From the NCBI GenBank assembly GCA_034226945.1, contig CP120455.1:930001-994000 (forward strand): a stretch of DNA of 64,000 nt, given 5' to 3'. Each line of letters starts with the position of its first letter. Positions within the stretch are counted from its first letter, which is position 1. The DNA comes from Picochlorum sp. SENEW3 (taxonomy: Eukaryota). This document shows positions 1-12,275 of this stretch, one piece after another. A program made the position numbers and the translations under genes. Under the pieces are notes generated by a model, which did not search any database, had not been told where the DNA came from, and saw only the letters and a list, made by a program, of their open reading frames with translations.

Positions 1-1
1 G

Positions 2-631
2 AAGAGGAGGGAGAGAATATTTGTACTATCACACCATCATCATCATGGTCATCATCATGGTCATCATCATCATCGAAGGCGACATGCTGCAAGGCAGCAT
101 GCAGGTGATGGTGTGTCATCTTCTGTAACAAGTACACGGCCGCTTCTGACGTTGGGTGCAATGGCGGGGATGAGTTTGATGTATTCATTTAGTCAGAATG
201 GTCGGCAGCAGCAGAAGAGTCTGGTGTTATCTGATGAGCATGAGGAGGATGCGTTGGTGGCATTGGTTGGGGCTGGCTTGGCTTACCTATCATGCGTGTT
301 ATATCTGTTTAGTAGATCCTCTCAGATTTATAAGAACTGGAAGAGGAAGAGTGCGGAAGGATTGTCGCCTCATATGTTTCTGTTTGCCGTGTGTGCTAAT
401 TTATTTTATGGAGTTTCAGTGATTCTTCGGTCATCCACCAAAGAAGAGTTCATGTCAAGTTTGCCGTGGTTGATTGGTAGTCTAGGGACAGTGTCACTCG
501 ATTTTGTCATCCTTATGCAATCTTTGAATAGTCGTGGTGTCAAGCAAGATACGCAGGGTGATGATGGGATCCATGGAGGTGATGATGATCTAGAGCGTCC
601 TCTTGTTAGTAATGATGGTGATGACACTTAG
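2..631 (+). CDS. PQ-loop repeat membrane protein (YPQ/PQLC2-like vacuolar amino acid transporter), 5' truncated by window edge
   Basis: YLFSRSSQIYKNWKRKSAEGLS and LPWLIGSLGTVSLDFVILMQ match the second PQ-loop half; frame is open from nt 2 and includes a poly-His loop. Confidence 0.85.
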   Translation, partial: KRRERIFVLSHHHHHGHHHGHHHHRRRHAARQHAGDGVSSSVTSTRPLLTLGAMAGMSLMYSFSQNGRQQQKSLVLSDEHEEDALVALVGAGLAYLSCVLYLFSRSSQIYKNWKRKSAEGLSPHMFLFAVCANLFYGVSVILRSSTKEEFMSSLPWLIGSLGTVSLDFVILMQSLNSRGVKQDTQGDDGIHGGDDDLERPLVSNDGDDT

Positions 632-679
632 TAGTACATGACATATTATATCAATGAGAGAAGTTTTTTACATGAATTA

Positions 680-2168
680 TTATAGTCCTGGGGGCCGAAT
701 GTCTCTCGGTAACATGTCTGCCAGGTACTCTACATCCAGAGGGAGTTGGAGCAACTGCTTGACTGGCTCTGTCATTTTTGCTTCAACAGACCATGTAGAC
801 CACCATGGGCCACCGCCCACTTCGACCGCTCCACTTTTACCGTTGCTGACGACATCGATCAAGGGTGGGGAGCCTCGAGCTCTGTCTCCCGCTCTCCAAA
901 GTTGCATCGTGACATTGCCTGCAAATGAATCTCGACAGAATGGTGCCAATCCGTCTGATGCTGTCGGTGCTCGAAGGGGTGTTCCATCAGACTCCGCGCA
1001 CTGCGCCTCTATAATGGCTTCAAATTCTGACGATGATCCTTCCAGTCTCCAACTGCCCCAAGGACTGACAGTCCACTGTACACGACTGTCCTTGATATTC
1101 AATTCATAAAATTCTCCCTGATGGTGGACACCAATCAATCCCACATTCTCCTTCAACCCAGGAACTTGAAGGAGGCCTCGTTCTGCCCCAACAGCAGTCA
1201 CACTTGTGCCTGGAGAGTCGAGGAAGGAATTACACTGGATCCATGCCCATCGATTGGGAAATCCACCACCCCAATTCTTTTCTGCGTATGCTGGGGCGCA
1301 CTCAAATTCGTATCTATCATTACCCCATTCAATCCATCCAGTTGCTTCTCCATGAGACATGAGAACTTGCCAGTGAGGCTCAAAGATTGGAAGAGCTGCC
1401 AACCAACCTGCTGTGGATCTCTGTCGACCAGATGGCTTGCCCCATCCAGATTTTGGTTCTATTGAAAATTCCCATCGACACGAGTCCACAGTGGACATAA
1501 GATCTCCTGAAGCTCCTGTCTCTGATGCTATGATATTTCCTTGGTGCCATCGACTGCTCGCCTGGAACCCTTGCTTGACCAACGACGTAAACTTGTCTTG
1601 TGGCAACATCCCCTGTGCTCCCCTACGAGAGCCCTGGAAGCACGCCCCTAATGCCAACTGTGTAGAATCTGCCCAAAATAATGACACATTATTAGAATAT
1701 TGAAGCAGATAGCCATCATCTGGGCCCATCACCTGTGCTCCAACACCTGAGAATGTCCCATCCCCCTTTGGGTCTTCAATCGAATAAATTAGTGCAAAGC
1801 TCTTTGCATCGCCTGGTAATGTGACACGCCAATACCAGCCTTCGAAAACTGCATCAGAAATCTATGTGTCATCTCATCATAACACAGATACAGGTGGGCA
1901 TGCATGTCTAGCTCAAGCAAACACAGAGAAGGTTGACTAGCAAGCAGAAGAAGGACATCCAAGCAAATCATACAAACGTACATCTCCGTGACGTTCCATC
2001 GAAATGATACCCACTATGAGGCGTACTATACTTATTTAATTGACTGCGTGGTACAATGCGAGCGGCACGTGGACGTGCGTAGCCAGGTGTCAAAACTTGA
2101 CACGGTACAACAGGTCCACGACACTGCAGAACCTCCATTTTGTAGCTATGCATACATATTGTCCCCAT
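680..2168 (-). CDS. VTE1: Tocopherol cyclase, plastid; intron 1849-1981
   Basis: Splicing joins TPHSGYHFDGTSRR to FFEGWYWRV; STAGWLAALPIFEPHWQV and AYAEKNWGGGFP motifs. Confidence 0.95.
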
Positions 2169-2337
2169 GAAAGTAATCTAAATGTTGTAATAGAGATAGA
2201 TCTCGCAAATGTGTGCCTCAACACATCAACATGAGATACATGGCTCGGGTGCAATAGGATCGTTCCCTAAATCAAGATTTTTGGTTAGGGTCTTGTGCGT
2301 AGAGAACCTGGCAACAGACGTATGTAAGGCAATATAA

Positions 2338-2866
2338 ATGAATATTTTTGATATCATGGGATCTAAAAATCAAGTATTCGTGTATGGTACGCTACAGTAC
2401 CCTTCAATACTGACAGCATTGATCAATAGAGTACCCACTATGCACAAGGCAGTTGTGCACGGGTACAAGCGATATGGATTGACAGACTACGTGTTCCCAG
2501 CGGTGGTGGAAGATGCTTCTGCCTCTGTGGATGGACTGTTGTTGACCGGGTTGAGTGAGCAAGAGATGGTCATCCTTGATGAGTATGAGGGTGATGAATA
2601 CAGGAAGGAGGAAGTTGAGGTCAACGTTTTCCGTGACACGGGTGGATCTGCGGAGGCATCACTAGAAAAAGCATTGCTATATGTATGGATGGACGAGTAT
2701 AAGCATTTACTCAACGGAAAGGAATGGAACAAGGAGGCTTTTGAGTCAAAGCACTTTGATGGTGGGTCAAGGACATTTTGATTTTGATGTGAGACATGCT
2801 TTGACTATGCTATATTCTTGTGCAGGTTATTATAAAATGGTGTCTTCGGACATGCTGTCTCACTGA
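2338..2866 (+). CDS. AIG2-like / gamma-glutamylcyclotransferase-fold protein; probable intron 2762-2825
   Basis: VFVYGTL and LDEYEGDEY motifs; GT..AG intron joins HFDG to YYKMV. Confidence 0.85.
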
Positions 2867-2946
2867 TTGCATAGAACAGGGACAATGTATCATTTCATAT
2901 CTCAACACATTACACACATTTCATTCAAAAAGAATATACATGTCAT

Positions 2947-3810
2947 TCATAATTCTGTTTTAGGGGCTCGTTGAGGTGCATGCGCACGAGAGCTCTTGTA
3001 CCCTGTAAACGATGTAACTCGAATAAATATGTACATGCCTGCAAATCCAAGTCCCATTGCCAGAAACACAAAGAGTGTGAAGCAGAGATTCATGCGACTG
3101 CTTTTTCGGGCCTTCTCCACTCCTGCAACACTCGATTTCGTCCCCTGAACACTCTTCTCTAAATGGATTTCCGTGCTATCAATGGTAGCATTCCGCTCCT
3201 GCACTTTGGCCTCTACTGCCTTGGTGCTCTCCTTCAGCGCCGAAGCCATGTCTGCTAATTCATCTGCCAAGGAATCTTGCAGCTCGGATTGTCGATGCAG
3301 CCTTGTTTTGGTCGCTTCAGAAACAGATATAGGCTTAAACGCAACCTTCTTGGCCTCTGAATGTCCACCATGAGAGGAGGAGGGTTCCCCTTCTTGATCA
3401 CTCCTGTTGAATTGAGTCCCTCTTGGTATCAGAGGGTTATTAGTACCATGATCAAGCCCAAAAGGCGTATTATGAGACAGTTTCGACCTTTCTAGAATAG
3501 ATGCTATCTCACTAGGCCCCTCGAGTGGCTCAAGAGCGTCTGAAAGCCTCATAATACGAGCCTGATATGCCTCGTATTCTTGGGGACTGGACAACCGTCC
3601 CTGAAGCTCCGCCAAACGATCCTCTAAACTTTCCACATAGCTATGAAACACGGGAGAATTCTTCCAATCAACTAAACTATCCTTTCCTTTTGCATCCCCA
3701 GCTGCGATCTCTTCGCAAGACTGAAGAAACCTTTCAAAATTCAGAATGACATGTCTTCGAATGTTTTCCACCGAACGATTGGGCGGGTTTGCCACTTCTC
3801 CTGCCATCAC
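2947..3810 (-). CDS. USE1-like Qc SNARE (ER retrograde transport)
   Basis: QSELQDSLADELADMASALKE coiled-coil SNARE motif followed by a C-terminal TM helix. Confidence 0.7.
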   Translation of the reverse strand: MMAGEVANPPNRSVENIRRHVILNFERFLQSCEEIAAGDAKGKDSLVDWKNSPVFHSYVESLEDRLAELQGRLSSPQEYEAYQARIMRLSDALEPLEGPSEIASILERSKLSHNTPFGLDHGTNNPLIPRGTQFNRSDQEGEPSSSHGGHSEAKKVAFKPISVSEATKTRLHRQSELQDSLADELADMASALKESTKAVEAKVQERNATIDSTEIHLEKSVQGTKSSVAGVEKARKSSRMNLCFTLFVFLAMGLGFAGMYIFIRVTSFTGYKSSRAHAPQRAPKTEL

Positions 3811-3997
3811 GCACTTTTTTGATAGCTTCCTTGGATCTAAAAATGCATCCAGGGAAATGTTTGCTGCCGCTACAGTTTAGAGCCATGAGAATTCCTACAT
3901 TCGAATATTTAAATCTGTCTCAACTTGGGGCGAAAGACCTTTATGTACATCCTTGGTACAATACTGTTGAAACAATGTTCATATAAGAAGATTCAAG

Positions 3998-5416
3998 ATG
4001 CCTCCTGAACCTCGGATGGAGGCAAAGGGTTCGGTCTCTGGGCGGTGTCAATTTTGTAACGCACAACTGTCTCTTGTAAAGCCGAATGGGAGAAATGAGA
4101 GGGATACGGATGAACCTAATGGAATCATAGAATCACTATTCACGGTGTTCGACAGAGAATGCCATCTGAGCGATATAAATCCACCAAGTACGAGTGGAAG
4201 TAGTGGTAGCGGGGCAAAGAAGGACGTTGAGGTTGGTAGTGACGACGATTCGTTTGTTTTGCTGGATTCTCCACGCGAAGCATCTTCTTCTCATGCATCA
4301 TGGTCAGTCGATGATGTAGCTGTCATGAATAAAGTGCTGGATGTGTGCAGCAGAGTGACAGGGGTACAACAGCCATTGTGTGCAGATTGTTCCAATGATT
4401 TGTACAGAGAATTAGAGCAGGGAATTGAGGAGATGAGATTGTCGAAAGAGGCGTATGAGGTATTGTATAAAAAATTCTCTCACCGAGTTGATGGGGTTGA
4501 TGATGATGGAGAAGAGGAGAAACTGGCCCACGAGTTGGTGGCTTGGGAGTGCGTCCTTGTGTCTTGATTCTGGTTGCCATCATGTAGAGTGGCTTACGTA
4601 AAATATGTTATTTTCTGCAGACAAACCTGTCGTGATGCCGAGAAAGAGCTTGATATAGTTCAGCGAGATATTGAACGGGCTACAGTAGCTAGAGAGCAGC
4701 TAGATTCTATTGAAAACAGATATTGGCTTGCATTCAATACACTCATGCTCAACCTTCACGATGCAGCTGATCTGCGTGATGTGTTGCAATCCCAAATGGA
4801 AGCCTCGGAGACTGCGATTGAAAAACTTAGGCACACACATGTATTGAGTGAATTGTTCAAAATAGGCGTGGATGGACCGTTTGGTACCATATCAGGCCTG
4901 AGGCTTGGCAGTACACCAGAAACACCAGTGCAATGGTGGGAAATTAACAGTGCATGGGGGCAAGCTGTGATGCTCTTGGATATCATATCAAATTCTCTCG
5001 GACTCAAATTCAATAGAGGTCAAATAGTCTGGGAGCCATATGGGAGCTTTCCCAGAGTGCTTGAACGTGGCAGAGGCTATTCTGATTTGTATGGCCCAGT
5101 CAATAAAATATTATGCTTGGGATACGACCGGGCCCAGACCATCTTTGTCGATTGCCTCGGGGAAGTATCACACGTGCTCTCAGAACGAGGCGTTTGTAGA
5201 GAAGGAATGCCATTCGCCCTCAAATATCCCATCGACGGTGACAGGATAGGAGGTAATTCTATACGATATGGTCTTGCCAGAGACAAGGCATGGACAAAAG
5301 CTCTCAAGTACATGCTGTATAATCTCCAATCATGTCTTAAAGGGACGCTAGATTACATGGACTCGTGTGCCATCAATGTCTCGGGTCTTGCTCGAGAACA
5401 AACGTATTCATCATAA
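3998..5416 (+). CDS. ATG6: Beclin-1/ATG6; intron 4549-4620
   Basis: QPLCADC, FGTISGLRLG, WEINSAWGQ, WTKALKYML motifs. Confidence 0.93.
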
Positions 5417-5435
5417 TGTAAATGTATAGTTCGCA

Positions 5436-6170
5436 TCATGCAGCAAGCAAACTATCAATGCCATCATCTCCTTCCTGGGCATCATCATGTCCTCGTTTCT
5501 CGGTGTCCTCCTCTTGCTTTCTGCCGTACACATCAATACTAATATCTTGCTTGATGTTATCATCATCACGCACGATATTATCGAAATTCAGCACGCGCAT
5601 ATCCGTGGTATCGTAATTAAACGAAGACTTGACCATGCCCAGGGGAACAATATCCATGAGATCATCCACAGCACGTGGCCTCATCCATGTTCTCGCAGCA
5701 GCATCACAACGAGTTTCGTATTCGTCGCAAAACACGCCATCATCAAATTCAGAGGGCAAAGTCTTTGATATGGCATCTTTGAGCAAGAGGCTAAACACAT
5801 GAAGAAACGACGTCTTTGCCCCATGAGACATTGCTTCAAGGGAATTCGCACTGATAGGCTCAATAATTAGCCTATCTACGAGCTTTCCATCATCTGCCTT
5901 TTCAAAACAATGTGCCAACCCTACGCAGAGGTATTGATCCTCAGGGGTGAGCCATTGCTCCCCATACAGCGCCGAAACCCTTACTTTTGACCCAATCATT
6001 GGCATTGCATGTGGTATATATGGAATCAATCCTGTATATCGAGTGCTTTTCTGGGGTTGTAAAGGTTTTCCACGGTGGAATTCACGTCGGCAGCCTCCAC
6101 GAGATTGGCACGTTCCGAAAGCCAAAGAGTGGGTTTCAACCCGTGTCCCAAGCCTCTGAAATGGACCCAT
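5436..6170 (-). CDS. Plastid-targeted conserved hypothetical protein of cyanobacterial type
   Basis: Transit-like N-terminus; YLCVGLAHCF..IIEPISA..AAARTW..FNY..RVLNFDNIVRDDDNIKQ recalls a cyanobacterial hypothetical family (from memory). Confidence 0.7.
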   Translation of the reverse strand: MGPFQRLGTRVETHSLAFGTCQSRGGCRREFHRGKPLQPQKSTRYTGLIPYIPHAMPMIGSKVRVSALYGEQWLTPEDQYLCVGLAHCFEKADDGKLVDRLIIEPISANSLEAMSHGAKTSFLHVFSLLLKDAISKTLPSEFDDGVFCDEYETRCDAAARTWMRPRAVDDLMDIVPLGMVKSSFNYDTTDMRVLNFDNIVRDDDNIKQDISIDVYGRKQEEDTEKRGHDDAQEGDDGIDSLLAA

Positions 6171-6393
6171 TGTTAATTGTAAAGCATTAAATTATTGATA
6201 TAAGTCCCATTCATACAGTACAGGGCCAGTTATCATGCAAATGAAACATCAGCTTAATCCTCAATCAAATACGGCGGAGTCAGACAGGGACTCGATTGCA
6301 TTGCAATGGATTTCAACTGAAAGAGTCCAAGGCATTTCACCTCTTCTGTATATCTCATGCGCTTGCTGACGACTCGAGAGAAAAAGTTTCTCT

Positions 6394-8338
6394 CTAAAGC
6401 TCTGTGGGATCATGCATTGGAGTCGTAGTCTGTCGTTGACTTGCCGATGATTCTCCTTCATATTTTGGCACTGGTTCCAGAATTCCAAGGCTGCGCTGTT
6501 TCTCAAGAGTTTCGTCGAATACTTTTGTTGCAATCTCAAGGAGTTTGTAGTCCATGGAATTGAGCTCTTGTATTCTCTCAACAACGCTCTTGTCTATTTT
6601 CCTACGAGCTATAGAGTTAAACTGAAAGTCATCTCCATCTTCGGTTCTCATCCTAGCAAATATGCTGGGCGATTTCTCTTTTTCACTCGTATATGACTGT
6701 GAAGAGCATTCTGCATAATTTGAACCCAGGGTTTCCTTCGAGAATATGGCATCCTCATCCCTCCATGCTAAGAATGCCTTTGTATTGGGGCCAAAAGCCT
6801 TGCCCTTGACAATATCAATGTTTTTCAAGATTTCCATGTCATGTGTCATCATCTTGTTATTATTCCGGAGAAGATCGACCAATCCCTTGACTTTATTAAT
6901 CTGTTGAAGAAATGGGCTCTTCTTATGCATCTCCTGGTGGTCCTGACCCGGAGCTTCATACGTTGCGAGCCACATGTCTTGTTGTTGCATGAGCTTGTGG
7001 AGGCGCTCCTCATTCTCCTTCAGCTGATGGGCTGCCTTGCCCTGCTCTTTTGTCATTTTATTCAACCTCCATCGTGCTTCTCTAAGAGACACTGTCTTGT
7101 GTTCATCGCCCTCGATTGTAGAATTGTAGGTTATCTTCATATTCAAGTCAGGGATCTTATCTCTATCATCAAAAAAATACCACTTTATTGCAACCGACCT
7201 GTACACGGTATCATCCATCTTCTTACCAAGACTTGCGGCCATCGACGCCACAGCGTCGCTCAGCTTTGATTCTAGACCTGCATGGGGAATCTGCTTCAAT
7301 TTCTCTACCGCAAGATCAAAGAGTCTGTTTCTTGAAGTGTCATCATGCATGAAGCATGCCCTCAACGCTCCAGCCTCGTCCCAAGATGATGTGTTTGAAA
7401 TACCAAGAATCTGGAATATATGTCCATTATGGACAAGGTCGGAGGCTTCTTGAGTCTCAATCCACTCCTCGAGGGGCATTGCCAACTCATTGTCATAAGG
7501 ATTTGGTGGTGGCAGGAGGTCATCCTTGATGGATTCATTTGTGCCATGATCAGTAGGGAGTTTCTGGTCTGACTTGGAATCAACCTTGGTCGCATCTCGA
7601 GATACTGTTCCAACGGTTGAATCGTTCTGCAACCGTTTAAGAATGGAATCTCGAGCAGAGGGGACCAAATATCTCCAAGGCCACACGTCATACGATTTGA
7701 TCTCAGGCATGCTATCAATCCTTTCATCTAAGCCATCAAGCATGTTTGAGGCCGTCTGAATAGAAAATTCATATGCACTAATAACTCTCTGCACTGGGTC
7801 TCTCAGCTGAGTCACCACCAGCACATTGTCCTTATCAGGGACTTCCTGCAGACAGGAATACAACATCTTCTTTGTAGATACATCTTCTTCTTTCACAAAC
7901 ACTATGGCAAAGCCTTTACCGCAATCTCGCAGACACAACTCATCTGTGGAGAAGAATACAACGTACATCAAGAAAGCTAAGGTCATCGTGGCTGGCAAAG
8001 TATCTGCAACCATCGATACTCTGCCTGTATCTCTCCCTTGTATCATAGCCAGGGATGCATCGTTCAGAAGGTTTCATTCCAGGACTGATGAAGCACGTCC
8101 CATAGGTTTTCCCTGCAGTTCTAGGAACATGTAGGAAAAACACAAACGGGTCTTTCAGCTTGCCTTTTACTGGAGACACGCGTACTGCTCGATACTTGGC
8201 CTCAAAATCTGTCACGAGCTTTGAACAAGACTCTGGCACACGTAACGACGAGGCATCCGCCCCAACGTGTACTGCAGAGTGCAGGATGAGAAGTATCACG
8301 AAAACATAACAATAATTATAACTACAAAAAGATGACAT
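6394..8338 (-). CDS. TPST: Plant-type tyrosylprotein sulfotransferase-like protein; intron 7846-7966
   Basis: Signal/anchor peptide; FFLHVPRTAGKTY (5'-PSB), SHDDLS, LRDPVQRVISAYEF (3'-PB) and DVWPWRYLVP, as in plant TPST. Confidence 0.8.
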
Positions 8339-8872
8339 CTTCCTGTGCTGACTGCTGATACTCCGCCAAGTTCGTGCAAACAAAACGTGGACTGAAAATC
8401 CACCAAGGCTGTTCCACACAGCAACAAAAGAATCTTCGACTCCTACTCCTAGTTTTGAGATACTCGAAGAAATAGCTCGATTTCTTCTCCTTGCATCACT
8501 CTGGATGTTTGTATTTTTGCCATGACATGGGTTGTACAGGTTGTACGTTCGCCTCGGTGCTGGATCTTCAATATGATGGGTACCGTGGTATGCATACGGT
8601 ACGGTAAACAAGACAATACAAACCATGTCAACAGCTGCTCTAGTTGTGCTTGTATAGCTTTCTGAGACCGATAAAGGCATCTGCGGTGAGTTTGGCCACT
8701 ATGGTGTTCTCTGCAGGGCATTCCCTGCCTTGACCAAGAAAGCCTTCCTTCGGAAGGCGCCTAAATTTGGGTGAGGTGGATAGGCAGGATAGGCTTTCGG
8801 ATTGTGACATGTGTTCGGGCCACAAATGCCCTCAATTGCCATCAAAAAAGCATTAAACAAAATTTTATAGAG

Positions 8873-10097
8873 ATGATGATTTCATTGGGTAGCACCATTG
8901 CTCGAAAGAGCTCCTGTAAAGTTGGAAGACCAAGCCAACGCAATGCGACAATCTGCGCGGCTGTTCAGGATCCACTCTTGCTGCGAGTTGCTCGAGGAGA
9001 GGGTATGTGATACAGTGCTATTTATTTACTTTGGTCGCTCCTGATCGATCGTCGACACTCATGCAGAGGCTGAGAGGACTCCAGTCTGGCTTATGAGGCA
9101 AGCTGGTCGCTATATGGCTGATTTTAGGAAATTTTCAGACCGTATCCCATTCAGAGAGAGATCAGAAACTGGGAGTATTGCAGTGGAGCTGTCTATGCAG
9201 CCATGGAATGCATTCAAACCGGACGGAGTGATTATGTTTTCTGATATCTTGACGCCTCTTCCAGCCATGGGTGTGGAGTTTGATGTTGTCAAAGGAACAG
9301 GTCCGGTGATTGCTGATCCAATCAAGCACACTGATGATTTGTCTCGTCTTATTCCATTGAACGATCCTGCTTCAAGCCTTCCTTTTGTGGGAGAGACGTT
9401 GAGAACATTGCGTGGTGAGGTTGACAATCAAGCCACTGTGCTGGGATTCATTGGGACTCCATGGACCCTTGCTGCGTATGCGATCGAAGGAAAAGCAGAT
9501 CGACATTGCACGAAAACGAAAAGAATGATGATGAATAATCCAGCACTTTTACATTCCGTATTGAATCATCTGGCTGATAATTTGGCAGATTATGTGTGTT
9601 ATCAGATTGAGTCAGGTGCTCAAGTGGTTCAGTTGTTTGACTCATGGGCGCACCATCTGTCTCCGGAGCAGTTTGCAGAGTTTAGCATGCCATATGCAGA
9701 AAAGATTATTAAGAGCGTGAAAGCAAGATATCCAGACACGCCATTGATCTTCCATGCAAATGGAGGCACAGGAAAGTTCAGTCAAATGGAGTCATGCTCA
9801 AGTGATGTTTTGGGTCTGGACTGGTCGTGCACCATGGGCGATGCTCGCGCTCATTATGGTCCAAAGCGTGTACTTCAAGGTAATGTGGACCCAATGGTTT
9901 TATTCGGCAGCGAGGATGTGATCCGAGAGAATGTCACACGTTGTCTGCTCCAAGGTGGCAAGAACCATCACATTCTCAACGTTGGACATGGTGTAGTACA
10001 AAAGACTCCGGAGGAAAATGTAGGCTATTTCTGTCAATTGGCAAGAGAATCTGCATCGATACATTCCATGACGGCCAAAGAAGCAGCGACTGTGTAA
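8873..10097 (+). CDS. HEME: Uroporphyrinogen decarboxylase, plastid; intron 9003-9066
   Basis: PVWLMRQAGRY, FSDIL, LQGNVDP, ILNVGHG motifs. Confidence 0.97.
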
Positions 10098-10296
10098 AAC
10101 TCATGCATTGATGCTGTTCATAGCGAAGGTAAGCATTCAAAACGAAGGATGCCCTTACCTTATCCTTCAATGTCGACACAGATGCCGCGAGATTTGGACC
10201 GCTTTTGCACTATATATTTTATTTATATATATTGTGTGAGTAATCACAGACAGTCATCCGATATCGACACGAAAGTACGTTTTTTCGGTCACCACC

Positions 10297-11782
10297 ATGC
10301 TATCTGCAACCCACACAGCACTAGCGAATCAGCTTGGCTCAAGTCGGCCGATGAGGACTGGAAAACACTTATCTCGTTCCAAAACTGTGGTTCGATGCGC
10401 TGCACCTTCCCCTGCCTGGCCAGGGCGTGCTGTTGTTCCTGAGAAGACCGCAACTAGAGATGGACCAAAGGTACGTGGTACATTGTGGATATAGATGGAG
10501 TATACGAATACATATCTCTCAAATTGAGAAATTAATGCCTCCATGGCACATATCATGCCATAAATTTGATATCACTCGCTCAGCCATGCTTGTGTGTGCA
10601 CATGTGCAGAAATTCTCGCTGTTGGGATCCACTGGATCTATTGGAACACAGACATTGGAAATCGTAGAAGAACATCCAGACAAGTTCGAGGTGACAGCTT
10701 TGTCTGCTGGATCTAATGTTGATCTTCTGTCTGAACAGATTCTCAAGTTTAAACCAAAGCTCGTCTCTGTAAGAGATCCAGAATCAATTCCAAAGCTCAA
10801 GGAGCAGCTGAAGGGCATGGGTGACATGCCAGAGATTCTGTGTGGAGATGAGGGTATTGTCGAGGTTGCCAGATACTCTGATACTGATGCATGCGTGACT
10901 GGTATTGTTGGGTGTGCTGGTCTGAAGCCAACAGTTGCTGCGATTGAGGCTGGAAAAGACATCTGCTTGGCAAATAAAGAGACACTGATTGCTGGAGGAC
11001 CATATGTGTTGCCACTTGCAGAAAAGCATGGGGTTAAGATTCTGCCAGCAGACTCTGAGCACTCTGCCATTTTCCAGTGCATTCAAGGTTTGCCTGAGAA
11101 TGGCATGCGTCGTATCATTCTTACTGCTTCTGGTGGCGCATTCAGAGATTTTGAGGTGGAGAGGCTCAAGACAGTGACAGTTGCTGATGCACTGAAGCAC
11201 CCAAATTGGTCCATGGGTAGAAAGATCACCGTTGACTCTGCAACCCTCATGAACAAGGGTCTTGAAGTCATTGAGGCACATTACCTCTTCGGTGCATCGT
11301 ATGATAATATTGATATTGTCATCCATCCACAGTCCATTATTCATTCCATGGTTGAGACTGCAGACTCGTCTGTGTTGGCGCAACTTGGCTGGCCAGACAT
11401 GAAGCTCCCAATCATCTACACCATGTCATGGCCAGAGCGAGTATATTGCTCAGAAGAGACATGGCCACGACTTGATTTCGTAAAGATGGGAGACCTGACA
11501 TTCAGAAAGCCAGATCATGCAAAGTATCCGTCCATGGAACTTGCCTACGCTGCAGGAAGAGCTGGTGGAACCATGACTGGAGTGTTGTCTGCAGCAAATG
11601 AGCAAGCAGTGGAATTCTTCTTGGATGAGAAGATTGGATACTTGGATATTATGAGAGAGGTTGAGGCCGCATGCGAAGCCCACAAGGCAGAATTTGTGGA
11701 GACACCAAGCTATGAAGAAATCATCCACTATGACCAATGGGCAAGAGATTTTGTGAAGGAGCATGTCCTTGCATCAGTGTGA
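10297..11782 (+). CDS. DXR: 1-deoxy-D-xylulose 5-phosphate reductoisomerase; intron 10471-10609
   Basis: PAWPGRA plant motif, [34 protein letters not shown]. Confidence 0.98.
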
Positions 11783-11991
11783 AATCATCCCATACGAATA
11801 TACAAAAGTAAAAAATTATAGATCTTGTCGCGTGTAATGAATAGTTCCTTGCTCTATCAAAGTTCATTTCTTTGAATTACTAGTTTTCATAGTGGTACAA
11901 GCACCATCTGCATATATGCAGAGCATTTTCTCTATGAAGAGATCTGTGTCCTTGATCTAAGCAATGCTCAAGGACGCTTCTGCGCAGAGTA

Positions 11992-12054
11992 CACGTGGAC
12001 GATCCAGAGTCGCAGATCTTCGAGCCACGTGCACTTGACTAGTGTCACGTGACA
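11992..12054. promoter_or_regulatory. Cluster of three CACGTG (G-box/E-box) sites upstream of the kelch gene
   Basis: CACGTG at 11992, 12026 and 12046; the last lies within the palindrome TGTCACGTGACA. Confidence 0.4.
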
Positions 12055-12275
12055 AGGCAATCAACTGATGGCGCATGCCCTAGGGCAGGCCTCCACGGAG
12101 GCCGCCTGCACATGCTGCTTAATTAAAAAATTCTTCGAACGCAAGAATCACTGTTCTCTACTGATTCCCTTGCAGGAATTCCATAATTTTTATATACTGA
12201 AAACCCATCATTAATAATCCCATAGCAAAGCGTCCAAAGGTCTTGGTGCGAGAAACGAAAGAAGGATAAAATCAA

